A DNA stretch of 64,000 nucleotides from contig CAVPSB010000034.1 in assembly GCA_963708025.1 (NCBI GenBank), positions 32,001 through 96,000 on the forward strand. Reading direction: 5' to 3'. Position 1 is the stretch's first letter. The number at the start of each line of letters is the position of its first letter. Below the pieces are notes generated by a model. The model did not search any database. It was not told where the DNA came from and saw nothing but the letters and a program-made list of their open reading frames with translations. This document shows positions 9,256-19,385 of this stretch, one piece after another. The stretch comes from an uncultured Candidatus Rokubacteria bacterium. Lineage in GTDB: Bacteria > Methylomirabilota > Methylomirabilia > Rokubacteriales > DASRDR01. The position numbers and the translations under genes are program-made.

Positions 9256-10854
9256 AGAAGAAGTCGGGCACCGGGCGGCGGCGTGTTCAGCCCGCAGACC
9301 TCCTCGTCCTCGGCGAGGCCGAGCTCGCCCGTCTCCTCGCCGATCAGCTCGGCAGCCTCCCGTCCCACCGGCAGGCGCAGTGGATCCGGCAGCACCTGCC
9401 CGCCGGGCGAGACCAGCCCGCTTCGAAGACCCTCCTGGCGGAGGTCGAGCAATTCTGCGAGCAGTCGCGATCCGGGGCCTTCATCTCGTGGGTGGACGAG
9501 AACGAGTGGACCGACCTCGACGACGAGGGGGAGGATGCGGGCGAGTTCCAGGAGTGGGTCGAGCTGTTCACCGAGCTGATGAAAGAGACGATGAAGCTCA
9601 CGGCGTCCGGCCGGCACGGGGACGCCGTCAAGGCCTACGAGATGCTGCTCGGCCTCCTGAAGGATGCCGGGGAGACGACGGACATCCTCGGCAACCACGG
9701 GGCCCCCGAGGACTCGGTGGAGCTCGACTTCGCCAAGGTGATCGAGGCCTACACGCGCAGCCTCGTGGCCACTCGATCGGACGTGGAGGAGGTCATCGCG
9801 GAAGCGCTCCGCGTCGCCGTGAAGTACGGGTACCGCGGCGGCTTCCTGGGCCTCGCCCGAGCGCTGGACAGCAGGGGACGGGAGCGCCTCCGGGCGCGAC
9901 TGTCGGCGTCGGCGGAGGCGGCCCTGAAGACGGCCGGGCGAGACTCTCCGCCCGCGGTGGAAGGCCTGATCGCGCTGGCCCGGGTGGCGAGGAACGAGCC
10001 CCAAGTCCTGGCTCTCAAGGAGCGGTTCGCGTCCCGGAATGCCGTCTACCTCCAGGAGGCGCTCGCTCACCACCAGAAGAAGAAGGACTGGACCGCCGTG
10101 GCCCGGCTCGCCGAGATCGGCGTGCGGGAGTTCGGCAACCATGGCGAGTTCGCCAAGGCGCTCGTCCGGGCCCGCGAGGCCCTCGGGGATCGGACGGCCG
10201 GCCAGGAGGCCCGGATCGAGCACTTCCTGAGCGAGCCCGGCGCCGCGGCGTTCGCGGAGCTGAAGCGACGGTCCGAAGCCCTCGGCAACTGGACGGTGGT
10301 CCTCGATCGCCTCCTCCGCGCCGTGGCACCGCCGAGCCCGACCCGATGGGATGGGACCGGCCTTCGCAGTCGATTGCTCCTGGCCGAAGGCCGCGAGCGC
10401 GAGGCGCTCGACGGGATGGCGGGACGCCGGCGTCCCATGGACATCGATGAGCTGAAGCTCGTCGCCAAGTACGCGGTCGCCCGGTCGTCGGAGGGCTCGG
10501 ACCTCGCCCGGCTCCCGAAGCTCGGCGAGCTTCAGCGACGCCTGAAACGCGACAAGGAGGAGCCGTACGACTGGCTTCGGCTGATCCTCCAGAGCCCGGC
10601 GGCGTCGAGTCGCGCTGAGTACGCGACCCTCGCCGCCGTCACGTACCGGCACCTCGTGGACCTCCACCTCGACTCCGGCAAACCCTCGCGGGCGGCGCCG
10701 GCGGCCCACTACTGCGCCATCGTCGTCGAGCTGTCCCGGCTGGTGAACGAGCCCCGACTGTGGACTCGATCTGCTACGCCATCTCCGGGAGCGCCACGCG
10801 AGGAAGCGCCTCATCTGGACGAGACTGAAGGCGGAGGCGTGCCCAATCGAGTGA
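9252..10854 (+). CDS. Hypothetical alpha-helical protein; probable frameshift near 10770
   Basis: ATGA overlap; protein-like composition up to 'EPRLWTR'; another frame continues 'LLRHLRERHARKRLIWTRLKAEACPIE*' to 10854. Confidence 0.65.
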
Positions 10855-11145
10855 CGGGGTCTGGAGGGATCGACGCCCCGCTCCCGCCGCAGCCTCTGGC
10901 GCGTTTCCTCGACTGTCTCGGGGCGTAGAGGTGGCACTTCCCGGGCACCACCGCGACCAGGAGCCGGCGCCTCTCGTCGCAGCTTCACCGCGAGGAGACG
11001 CCTCTCGGTACCGTGATCGCAATCGCATCACCACGTTCAGCGGCCTCGGGCGCGTCCGAGACACCGGTCGATTCTGAGTGGCCTCGGGCGGGTACCGTCT
11101 GGTACGCTTCGAGAAGCTGTCGGCCGAGGGAGGGGCACCCGGAGG

Positions 11146-12402
11146 ATGGCGGACGTGACGAAGGCGGTCGTCCTGGCGGCATCGCCGGACGGCCTGACGA
11201 TGGTGGCCGGGCTGCCGCTGGCGATGCGTGCGGTGCTGGCGCTCGAGGCGGCGGGCTTCACCGGGATCGGGATCGCCGCGGGAGAGCAGGCGCCGGCGCT
11301 CCGCCAGTGGCTCGACCGCCGGGGCCTGGGCGACCGGGTGGCCTGGCTGGCGACGCCGGACGAGGTGGAGGCGTGGGCCGGGGCCGATCCGGTCCTGGTG
11401 CTGGCCGGCGCGGTCCTCTTCGACGGGGCCGTGCTGGCCCCGCTCGGCGAAGCCGTCCGCGCCGGCGAGCGGCGGGTGATCCGGGCGGCCGCGCCGTCTG
11501 GCAGACTGCGGCTGGCGGTGTGTCCGGGGACGCTGCTGCCCGCGCTCCTCGGCGAGCTCGACGGCGGGCGGCGATCCCTGACCGAGGCGCTCGCCCGGGT
11601 CGGCGGCCTCGACGGGCCGGCCGTGCCGCTCGGCGACGGCCTGTACGCTCCGCTCGATGCCGCGCACCCGCCGGCCGCGCTTCAGGCCGCGCTCTTCACC
11701 GATCTCGCCCGGCGGACCGCGGCGAAGGACAGCTACCTGGCGGCCCTCATCGACCGGCGCCTGTCGCGCCCGGTCACCGGCCTGCTCCTCCGCCTGCCGA
11801 TCACCCCGTCCCAGATCACCGTCGCCAGCATCGTGCTCGGGCTCCTGGGCGCCGCCGGTCTCGGGACCGTCTCGTACGCCGGGCGGCTCGGCGGGGTGCT
11901 GGCCCTCGTCGGGTCGATCGTGCTGGACTGCGTGGACGGCGAGGTGGCCCGCGCGCGCTTCCAGCAGAGCGCCGCTGGCGCGCGCCTCGACGTGATCGGG
12001 GACTACGTGGTCAACTTCGCGGCGTTCCTCGGCCTGGCCATCGGGCTGGCCCGGCAGGGGCTGCCACCGGGTGGGGGCTGGGCGATCCTGGCGCTCGTGG
12101 CCGGCGTGGCGACGGCGATGGGGACCATGCACCGGCTCTTCGTCCGCCCCGCGCTCGCCCAGGGCGGCGACCTCCACTGGGCCGGGGACGGGGAGGGCTT
12201 CCAGGCCACCCGGGTGGCGGCGTTCGTGGAGAAGATCGCCAGCCGCGACTACACCTACCTCCTCCTCGTCTGCGCGCTGCTCGGTCACCTCGAGTGGTTC
12301 CTCTACGCGTCGGCGGTCGGCGCCTGGGCGTTCGTGGCCGGAGTCCTGGGGTACGCCTGGTATCTCCGACCGGCGCCGCAACGGCCGGCGGTCTCCCAGT
12401 GA
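11146..12402 (+). CDS. CDP-alcohol phosphatidyltransferase with N-terminal nucleotidyltransferase-like domain
   Basis: DCVDGEVAR-x7-G-x3-D motif; N-terminus 'KAVVLAA...VAGLPLAMR'. Confidence 0.88.
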   Translation: MADVTKAVVLAASPDGLTMVAGLPLAMRAVLALEAAGFTGIGIAAGEQAPALRQWLDRRGLGDRVAWLATPDEVEAWAGADPVLVLAGAVLFDGAVLAPLGEAVRAGERRVIRAAAPSGRLRLAVCPGTLLPALLGELDGGRRSLTEALARVGGLDGPAVPLGDGLYAPLDAAHPPAALQAALFTDLARRTAAKDSYLAALIDRRLSRPVTGLLLRLPITPSQITVASIVLGLLGAAGLGTVSYAGRLGGVLALVGSIVLDCVDGEVARARFQQSAAGARLDVIGDYVVNFAAFLGLAIGLARQGLPPGGGWAILALVAGVATAMGTMHRLFVRPALAQGGDLHWAGDGEGFQATRVAAFVEKIASRDYTYLLLVCALLGHLEWFLYASAVGAWAFVAGVLGYAWYLRPAPQRPAVSQ

Positions 12403-13412
12403 GCTACCTTCGGCGGCACTGGATCGAGCTGGGCTGTCTCGGGGTGGGCCTCGTCGTTCTCGGCGTGACCCTCTGGCAGATCGGCGTCCACACCCTGGTC
12501 CACGACCTGCGGGCCCTCGGCTGGGGGCTCGTCGCCGTCCTGCTCATCGAGACCCTGAGCGTGCTCTTCAACACCTGGGGCTGGGGCCTGGCCTTTCCCG
12601 CCGGCGAGCGCGCGGTCAGCGGGCGGCGGCTCCTGGCGGCGCGGCTGGCCGGGGACGGGGTGAACTACCTCACGCCGTCGGGCACCGTCGGGGGCGAGTT
12701 CCTCCGCATTCGCCTCCTCGGCGGCGCCGTGCCCCTCGGCGTCCGCTGGGCCTCGGTCGGTGTCGCCAAGCTGGCCCAGGCGGTCGCCCAGGCCGTGTTC
12801 GTCCTCCTCGGCCTCGCCCTGGTGCTGCCCCACCTGACCCACGTGAGCCACGAGGTGGCGTGGATCGCGGGGGGAGGAGCGGCGCTCCTGGTGTCGCTCG
12901 GGCTCGCGGGGCTCCTCGGGCGCGGCCTGTGGGCGACCGTCGAGGGGCTCGCGGGACGCCTCGGGCTGGCCCGCCGGGTGCCGGAGGGCTGGGCGGGACC
13001 GGGCCGGGAGCTGGACGCGGCCGTCGCCCGCCTGGGTCACCGCCGGCTGACCGGGTCGCTGGCCTGCTTCGTGGCAGGCTGGGCGGTGGGTGCCGTCGAG
13101 ATCTACGCCATCCTCGCCTGGCTGGGCGGGCCGGTGGACTGGTCGACGGCCCTGGCGGTGGAGACCGGGTCGGTCATCATCGATGGTATCCTCTTCTTCG
13201 TGCCTGCCAAGGTGGGGACCCAGGAGGGGGGGAAGGTGCTGCTCTTCGCCGCCCTCGGCTTGAGCCCGGCCCGCGGCCTGACCGTGGGCGTGGTCCGCCG
13301 GATCCGCGAGCTGACCTATGCCGGGCTCGGCCTGGCGGCGCTCGGCGTCCTGACGGCCCGCGGGCAGCCTCGCCTCCATTCCGCCCTCATGCATCCATCG
13401 GAGCCCTCATGA
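12399..13412 (+). CDS. HpnL-like / lysylphosphatidylglycerol synthase TM-domain (flippase-like) membrane protein
   Basis: Polytopic; 'NYLTPSGTVGGE', 'FFVPAKVGTQEGG', 'RRIREL'; coupled to hpnJ. Confidence 0.8.
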   Translation: MSYLRRHWIELGCLGVGLVVLGVTLWQIGVHTLVHDLRALGWGLVAVLLIETLSVLFNTWGWGLAFPAGERAVSGRRLLAARLAGDGVNYLTPSGTVGGEFLRIRLLGGAVPLGVRWASVGVAKLAQAVAQAVFVLLGLALVLPHLTHVSHEVAWIAGGGAALLVSLGLAGLLGRGLWATVEGLAGRLGLARRVPEGWAGPGRELDAAVARLGHRRLTGSLACFVAGWAVGAVEIYAILAWLGGPVDWSTALAVETGSVIIDGILFFVPAKVGTQEGGKVLLFAALGLSPARGLTVGVVRRIRELTYAGLGLAALGVLTARGQPRLHSALMHPSEPS

Positions 13413-14893
13413 GCGTCGCCGGCCAGTCCGCCCTCCGCACGCTGTTCCTCCATCCGCCCTCGTTCGAGGGCTTCGACGGCGGCGCCGGCTCGCGCTATCA
13501 GGCGCGCCGGGAGATCCGCTCGTTCTGGTATCCGACGTGGCTGGCCCAGCCGGCGGCCATGGTGCCGGGCAGCCGGCTGATCGACGCGCCGCCCGACGAG
13601 CTGACCGTGGAGCAGGTGGCCCCGCTGGCCCCGCAGTACGACCTGGCCGTGCTGCACACGAGCACGCCGTCCTTCGGGAACGACGCCCGGGTCGCGGAGC
13701 GGCTCAAGGCCGAGAACCCGCGACTGATGATCGGGATGGTGGGTGCCCACGTCGGCGTGCTGCCCCAGCAGTCGCTCAAGGCGGCGCCGGCGGTGGACTG
13801 GGTCGGGGTCGGCGAGTTCGACTACGCGTGCGCGGAGGTCGCAGCCGGCAGCCCGCTGCCGAAGGTGTGCGGCATCGCGTATCGCGAGGGCGACCGGATC
13901 AAGTTCACCCCGCCGCGGCCGACGATCGAGGACATGGACGCGCTGCCGTTCGTGGTGGACGTCTACGAGCGCGACCTGACGATCGAGCACTACTTCATCG
14001 GCTACCTCCTGCATCCCTACGTCTCGCTCTACACCGGCCGGGGCTGTCGGTCCAAGTGCACCTTCTGCCTCTGGCCCCAGACGGTCGGGGGCCACCGCTA
14101 TCGCGTCCGCAGCCCGGAGAACGTCGAGGCGGAGATGGCGCGGGCCAAGGCGCACTTCCCCCAGGTGAAGGAGTTCTTCTTCGACGACGACACGTTCACC
14201 GACGACCTGCCGCGGGCCGAGGACATCGCCCGGCGGCTCGGCCGGCTCGGGTTGACGTGGTCGTGCAACGCCAAGGCCAACGTGCCGCGGAAGACCCTCG
14301 AGGTGATGCGGGACAACGGCCTCCGGCTCCTGCTCGTGGGGTACGAGTCGGGCAACCAGCAGATCCTCAACAACATCAAGAAGGGCATCCGGCTCGACAT
14401 CGCCCGGCGGTTCACCCGGGACGCCAAGGAGCTGGGCATCGTCATCCACGGCACGTTCATCCTCGGGCTCCCGGGGGAGACGCCGGAGACGATCCGCGAG
14501 ACGGTCCGCTACGCCTGCGAGATCGAGCCGGACACCATCCAGGTCTCCCTGGCCGCGCCGTACCCGGGGACCGAGCTGTACCGCCAGGCCCAGGAGCAGG
14601 GCTGGCTGGCGGCGCAGAGCGGGGAGCTGGTGGACACTCACGGCGTCCAGGTGGCCGCGCTCAACTACCCCGGGCTCTCCCAGACCGAGATCTTCACCTC
14701 CGTCGAGGAGTTCTACCGGCGCTTCTACTTCCGGCCACGGAAGATCGTCTCCATGGTCGGGGGCATGCTCCGCGATCCCGCCGTCATGCGGCGGCGGCTC
14801 CGGGAGGGCGTCGAGTTCTTCCGGTTCATGCGGGAGCGCAAGTCCCAGACCCGGGAGATGGCGGCTGCCGCTGGCTCCAGCACCACCGCCTGA
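13409..14893 (+). CDS. hpnJ: Hopanoid biosynthesis-associated radical SAM protein HpnJ
   Basis: 'FDGGAGSRYQARREIRSFWYPTWLAQPAA' N-terminus; CRSKCTFC (CxxxCxxC). Confidence 0.92.
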   Translation: MSVAGQSALRTLFLHPPSFEGFDGGAGSRYQARREIRSFWYPTWLAQPAAMVPGSRLIDAPPDELTVEQVAPLAPQYDLAVLHTSTPSFGNDARVAERLKAENPRLMIGMVGAHVGVLPQQSLKAAPAVDWVGVGEFDYACAEVAAGSPLPKVCGIAYREGDRIKFTPPRPTIEDMDALPFVVDVYERDLTIEHYFIGYLLHPYVSLYTGRGCRSKCTFCLWPQTVGGHRYRVRSPENVEAEMARAKAHFPQVKEFFFDDDTFTDDLPRAEDIARRLGRLGLTWSCNAKANVPRKTLEVMRDNGLRLLLVGYESGNQQILNNIKKGIRLDIARRFTRDAKELGIVIHGTFILGLPGETPETIRETVRYACEIEPDTIQVSLAAPYPGTELYRQAQEQGWLAAQSGELVDTHGVQVAALNYPGLSQTEIFTSVEEFYRRFYFRPRKIVSMVGGMLRDPAVMRRRLREGVEFFRFMRERKSQTREMAAAAGSSTTA

Positions 14894-15021
14894 TCCTGGA
14901 TCGCCTGGTCGCAAACTAGCCACTTTCCCCGCCTCGGCTTCTCGGCCCGCCCCGGCGCCATTCGAAGAAAAACACTGGGATTGCCCTGACTTGAGGCTGA
15001 TGGCGAGCCGGCCCTCGGCGC

Positions 15022-15037
15022 TGGTACGCGACGTGCT
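15022..15037 (+). promoter_or_regulatory. Putative sigma-54 (-24/-12) promoter
   Basis: TGGTACGCGACGTGCT = GG-N10-GC, upstream of an RBS and a small ORF. Confidence 0.5.
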
Positions 15038-15060
15038 CTTCATGCGGCCGGGAGGGCAGC

Positions 15061-15306
15061 GTGAGACACGTGACGAGCCCGTCGCAGAAGCCGAGAGTCG
15101 AGACGCCCGAGCCAGGTCCTGGACGGGCGCGCCCCGTGCTCCGCGTGATCCAGGGCGGGGTGACCCGCCGCCGGCGTCTCGAGCCGCCCGGCACCCCGCG
15201 GCCGGCGTCCGATCCCGTGGCCGAGGCCGAGGAGGCCCCGCTCCGTCTCGAGGAGCTCCCGATCTACCTGCGCTCGATCCCGGCCTGGTTGCCGCGCCTC
15301 TGGTAG
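15061..15306 (+). CDS. Small hypothetical protein
   Basis: GGGAGG RBS, GTG start, 81 aa, contains 'LRVIQGG'. Confidence 0.55.
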   Translation: MRHVTSPSQKPRVETPEPGPGRARPVLRVIQGGVTRRRRLEPPGTPRPASDPVAEAEEAPLRLEELPIYLRSIPAWLPRLW

Positions 15307-15380
15307 CCGACCTCCGGTAGTCGCCCCGCCCTGGCGGGTGCCCTTGACGCTTCCGCCCGGGCGCCCGTACCTTCCAACCC

Positions 15381-16196
15381 GTGGAGTACCGGCTCGTCGT
15401 CGCCGACCTCGACGGCACCCTGCGCTCGCGCGCCCTGGGCATCACGCCGGGGACGCTCGCCGCGGTCGCCGAGGCCCGGGCGCGCGGTGTCCGCGTCTGC
15501 GTCGCCACCGGCCGGATGTGGACCTCGGCCGCGCCCTGGATGAGGCGGCTGGGCGTCGATCCGCCCGCCATCCTGTACAACGGCGGCCAGGTCCTCGACT
15601 TCGCCACGTCCCGCGTCCTCTACGAGCGGCGGCTGCCGGCCGCCCTGGCCCGCGAGGCCCTCGCGCTTCTCCGGGAGGAGCCGGCCGCGCAGATCCACCT
15701 CTACCTGGACGGCCGGGTCTACGTGGAGCGGCCCGATCCGCTCACCGACGCCTACGCCGCCGACGACGGGGTCACCGTGGACCTCGTGCCGGCCCTCGAG
15801 CCGCTCCTGGTCGCCGATCCCTACAAGCTGCTCGTCATCGGGGAGCCGGCGCGCGTGGAGGCGCTGGGGCGGTCCGTGCGCGAGTCGGGCCTGCCCGTCC
15901 ACGCCGTGCAGTCGGAGCCCCAGTACCTGGAGATCCTGCCACCCGGCGTCTCCAAGGGCGCGGCCCTCGCCGCCATGCTGGACGCGGTCGGCATCCCGGC
16001 CGAGGCGGTCGTCGCGATCGGCGACAACTGGAACGACCTGGAGATGATCGAGGCCGCCGGGCTCGGGGTGGCGATGGGGCACGCGCCGGCCGGGGTCCGG
16101 GCCCGCGCGGACCACGTGGTCGGCACCAGCGAGGAGGACGGCTTCCGCGAGGCCATCGAGCGCTTCGTCCTGGGTCGGTCCCCGGGACCGCCTTGA
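15381..16196 (+). CDS. Cof-type HAD-IIB hydrolase
   Basis: DLDGTL, ATGR, SKG, GDNWND. Confidence 0.93.
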   Translation: MEYRLVVADLDGTLRSRALGITPGTLAAVAEARARGVRVCVATGRMWTSAAPWMRRLGVDPPAILYNGGQVLDFATSRVLYERRLPAALAREALALLREEPAAQIHLYLDGRVYVERPDPLTDAYAADDGVTVDLVPALEPLLVADPYKLLVIGEPARVEALGRSVRESGLPVHAVQSEPQYLEILPPGVSKGAALAAMLDAVGIPAEAVVAIGDNWNDLEMIEAAGLGVAMGHAPAGVRARADHVVGTSEEDGFREAIERFVLGRSPGPP

Positions 16197-16236
16197 TTGC
16201 GGCTCGACGAGGACGCCGTGGCGACATTCCGTGCCA

Positions 16237-16335
16237 CAGTTCGGGACCTCCCGCCCACCCCCCCCCAGCCCCCCTCCCCCACCCACCGGGGGGGAGGGGG
16301 GAGCCGGAGAATCCCATTCCCTCACACGCTCTCAG
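16237..16335 (-). repeat. Intergenic repeat family A
   Basis: Reverse complement is closely similar to 34721-34816. Confidence 0.9.
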
Positions 16336-17516
16336 AGGGTGGCCAGGTCGCACGAGAACCGCGTGAGGGCTTCGCAGCCGTCCGCCGTGACCAGGCAGAG
16401 GTCGCCGAGCGCCGCGAAGCCGACCCGCGGGTCCATGACGTTGGGGTGGAGCTCGAGCACCATGCCCGGCTCGAAGACCAGGCGCGGGGGCCGCGGACCC
16501 TTCACGGCGGCGTAGGGCTGCGGGAAGAAGTCGCTGATGGGCCGCTCCGAGTAGTCGAGGCCGATGCCGTGAGCGGGCCGGAACGTGAGCCCGCCGTACC
16601 CGGGGAAGGCCCGGCCCAGGGTCTTCCCGAGATGACGGGCGAGCGCCGCGACCTCGCGGCCCGGCCGGATCTCCGCGCGGGCGCCCTCGAGCACCTCCCG
16701 CATGCGGCGGTGGTTCTCCCGCACGGCCTCGGGCGGCTGGCCCCGCATGCCCATCCGGATCGCGTGGCCCCAGTACCCCTGGTACTGCAGGTAAAGACCC
16801 GAGATGATCTGGTCCCCCGCCGCGAACCGCCGCCAGCTCTCCTCCGGCATGTACCGCTGGCGGTCGGGGACCGGGCCCGTCGTGATCCAGCACGTCGCGA
16901 ACTCGGCCCCGCCGAGCTTGGCCGCCAGCTCCATCCGCGCGCGCACCTGGTAAATCCAGCGGTCGCGGCTGGCCTCGCGGAAGAGCACCTGGAACATGCG
17001 GTCCGCGAGCGCCGCCGCCCGCCGCAGCGACGCGATCTCTTCGGGGCCCTTGACCAGGCGGAGGCGATGCAGGAGGCCGTCCGCCTCGACCGCCCGGAAC
17101 GGCGCCCCGTCGAGGAGCGCGCCGGCGACCGGGGCCGGCATCTCGGCCCGGCCGACGATCCCCACGCGGGCCCGGCGGGCGCTCGCGTCCGAGGAGCTGA
17201 CGGGCCGCGCGCCCGTACCGGATCGGGTCCTCGCGCCGCACGTCGGCGAGGCCCGACAGCTCGCGGGCCTTGGCCACGGCGTCGAGCGTCGACGGCGTAC
17301 AGCGTGGGCGGCCCCGTCGGCCGGCAGGACGAGCGTCGAGGGAGCGAAGCGGTCCGTGAAGCCGCACAGGTAACGCAGGTGGCCGTGGGTGCCCGTCGCG
17401 ACCCCGAAGATGGAGGGGTTCCCGTACACGACGAGCGCGGCGAGGTCTCGCTCGTGCATGGCCGCCACGAGTCGGGCGCGGCGGTCGGCGAGGAGCGCGG
17501 GCGAGGGCAGCTTCAT
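16332..17516 (-). CDS. M24/creatinase-fold protein; probable pair of compensating frameshifts at ~17190-17310
   Basis: Creatinase N-domain, 'LRLVKGPEEI', 'HGIGLD', 'PGMVLELHP'; the middle segment reads sensibly only in another frame. Confidence 0.8.
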   Translation of the reverse strand: MKLPSPALLADRRARLVAAMHERDLAALVVYGNPSIFGVATGTHGHLRYLCGFTDRFAPSTLVLPADGAAHAVRRRRSTPWPRPASCRASPTCGARTRSGTGARPVSSSDASARRARVGIVGRAEMPAPVAGALLDGAPFRAVEADGLLHRLRLVKGPEEIASLRRAAALADRMFQVLFREASRDRWIYQVRARMELAAKLGGAEFATCWITTGPVPDRQRYMPEESWRRFAAGDQIISGLYLQYQGYWGHAIRMGMRGQPPEAVRENHRRMREVLEGARAEIRPGREVAALARHLGKTLGRAFPGYGGLTFRPAHGIGLDYSERPISDFFPQPYAAVKGPRPPRLVFEPGMVLELHPNVMDPRVGFAALGDLCLVTADGCEALTRFSCDLATL

Positions 17517-17548
17517 GGGTGTCCTCCGGCGCGGGGCGGCGCGCGCCC

Positions 17549-18826
17549 TCAGCGGGTTGCCATCAGCAGGTCGGGGAGGAACGTCACCAGCGACGGGACG
17601 AACGTGATCGTGGCCAGCACCAGGATCAGGGCCACGAGGAACGGCCAGACCTCGCGGACGAACTCGTCCATCCGGATGCCCGCGATCCCGGAGGTGACGT
17701 ACATCACCATGCCGACCGGCGGGGTGATGAGCCCGATCATGAGGTTCAGGACCATGACGACCCCGAAGTGGATGGGGTCGATCCCGTATTGAAGGATCAG
17801 CGGGGCGAGGATGGGCGTCATGATGAAGATGATCGGCGGGGAATCCATGAGGCAGCCGAGGATCAGGAGAAAGACGTTCAGGATGACGAGGAGCCAGATC
17901 GGGCTGGTGGTGATCGACAGGAAGAAGGCCGCCAGCGCCTGGGGAAGCTTCTCCATCGCCGCCACCCAGCCGCTCAGCGACGAGGCGGCCAGGATGAGCC
18001 CGACGGCGGCGGTGGTCGACGCGACCTCGACGAGCACCTGCCAGAGCTTGCCGAGCGTCAGCTCGCCATACAGGATCCCGAGCCCGAGCGCGTAGGCGAC
18101 GGCGATCACCGCCGCCTCGGTGGGGGTGAAGAACCCGAAGAGGATGCCCCCGAGGATGATGACCGGCGTGAACAGCGGCAGCAGGCCGTCGCGCAGCGCC
18201 CGGCCCAGGCGGGGGAGCGAGAAGGTCGCCTGGCGGCCGTACCCGCGGCGCCGCGAGATGAGGTAGGCGGCCACCATCAGGTAGAGGCCCATGATGGTGC
18301 CCGGGATGACGCCTCCCAGAAAGAGGCGGCCGGTGGAGACCTCGGAGATGCTGGCGTAGAGGACCATCGGGATGCTGGGTGGGATGATCGGACCGATGGT
18401 CGCCGCCGCTCCGACGACCGCCGCCGCGAAGTCGCGCGGGTAGCCGCTCCGGGTCATGGCGGGAATGAGGATGGTCCCGGTCCCGGAGGCGTCGGCCACG
18501 GCGGATCCGGACATGCCGGCCATGATCATGTTGGCGACGATGACCACGTGGGCCAGGCCCCCGCGGATGTGGCCGACCATGGCCCCCGCCAGCTCGATCA
18601 GCCGCCGGGTGACGCCGCCGTTGTTCATGAGCGAGCCGGCCAGCAGGAAGAACGGCACCGCAAGGATCGGGAAGTTGTCGAGCCCGCCGATCATCCGCTG
18701 GGCCACCGCCACCAGCGGGAAGCCCTTGAGCAGGAAGATGGAGAGGCTGGCCAGACCGATGGCGAAGGCCACCGGCATGCCGAGCCCGAAGAGGACGAAG
18801 AGGGCGACCAGGAAGACGACGACCAT
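17549..18826 (-). CDS. dctM: TRAP transporter large permease
   Basis: SGSAVADA, IIPPSIP, FTPTEAA, GLITPPVG. Confidence 0.95.
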   Translation of the reverse strand: MVVVFLVALFVLFGLGMPVAFAIGLASLSIFLLKGFPLVAVAQRMIGGLDNFPILAVPFFLLAGSLMNNGGVTRRLIELAGAMVGHIRGGLAHVVIVANMIMAGMSGSAVADASGTGTILIPAMTRSGYPRDFAAAVVGAAATIGPIIPPSIPMVLYASISEVSTGRLFLGGVIPGTIMGLYLMVAAYLISRRRGYGRQATFSLPRLGRALRDGLLPLFTPVIILGGILFGFFTPTEAAVIAVAYALGLGILYGELTLGKLWQVLVEVASTTAAVGLILAASSLSGWVAAMEKLPQALAAFFLSITTSPIWLLVILNVFLLILGCLMDSPPIIFIMTPILAPLILQYGIDPIHFGVVMVLNLMIGLITPPVGMVMYVTSGIAGIRMDEFVREVWPFLVALILVLATITFVPSLVTFLPDLLMATR

Positions 18827-19353
18827 CAGCCGTCGAGCCGCGTGCGCCAGGCCACGGGTCGGTCCTCGCCGCGGGCCAGAGCCCGGCAGTCCCCGAGCAG
18901 GAGGAGGCCGACCTGCAGCGCCATGAGGGCGGCGCTCAGCGGCAGCACCGCGTGGACGACGCTCATCGGGAGCCCGAGCGCGGCCGAGAACTGGTTCCCG
19001 GTCCGGGCGACCAGGTCGAGGCCCGCATCGACCATGACGCCCAGGAAGCCGAGGGCGAGCAGCCGGACCAGCACGGCGACGAGCAGGGCGGCACGTCCCG
19101 AGAGGAGCCGGGCCAGCACGTCGATCAGGATGTGCTCGCCGCGGTCGAGTGCGACCGGGCTGGCCAGGAAGACCAGCCAGATGAACAGGAAGCGCTCGGC
19201 TTCCTCGGCCCAGGTGATCGTTCCGCCGAAGGCGCCGAGCTCGCGCACCGCGATGGCCAGGAGGAGCACCAGGACGAGGCCGACCAGGGCGACGACCGAC
19301 AGCACGCGCACGACGGCCACCAGACCGCCGATCGTGCGGGCCAGGGTGCCCAT
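18826..19353 (-). CDS. dctQ: TRAP transporter small permease
   Basis: 'WAEEAERFLFIW', 'HILID', four TM segments. Confidence 0.9.
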   Translation of the reverse strand: MGTLARTIGGLVAVVRVLSVVALVGLVLVLLLAIAVRELGAFGGTITWAEEAERFLFIWLVFLASPVALDRGEHILIDVLARLLSGRAALLVAVLVRLLALGFLGVMVDAGLDLVARTGNQFSAALGLPMSVVHAVLPLSAALMALQVGLLLLGDCRALARGEDRPVAWRTRLDG

Positions 19354-19385
19354 GGAGATCGGCGCTCAGGCGCCGGGCTGGGCGC

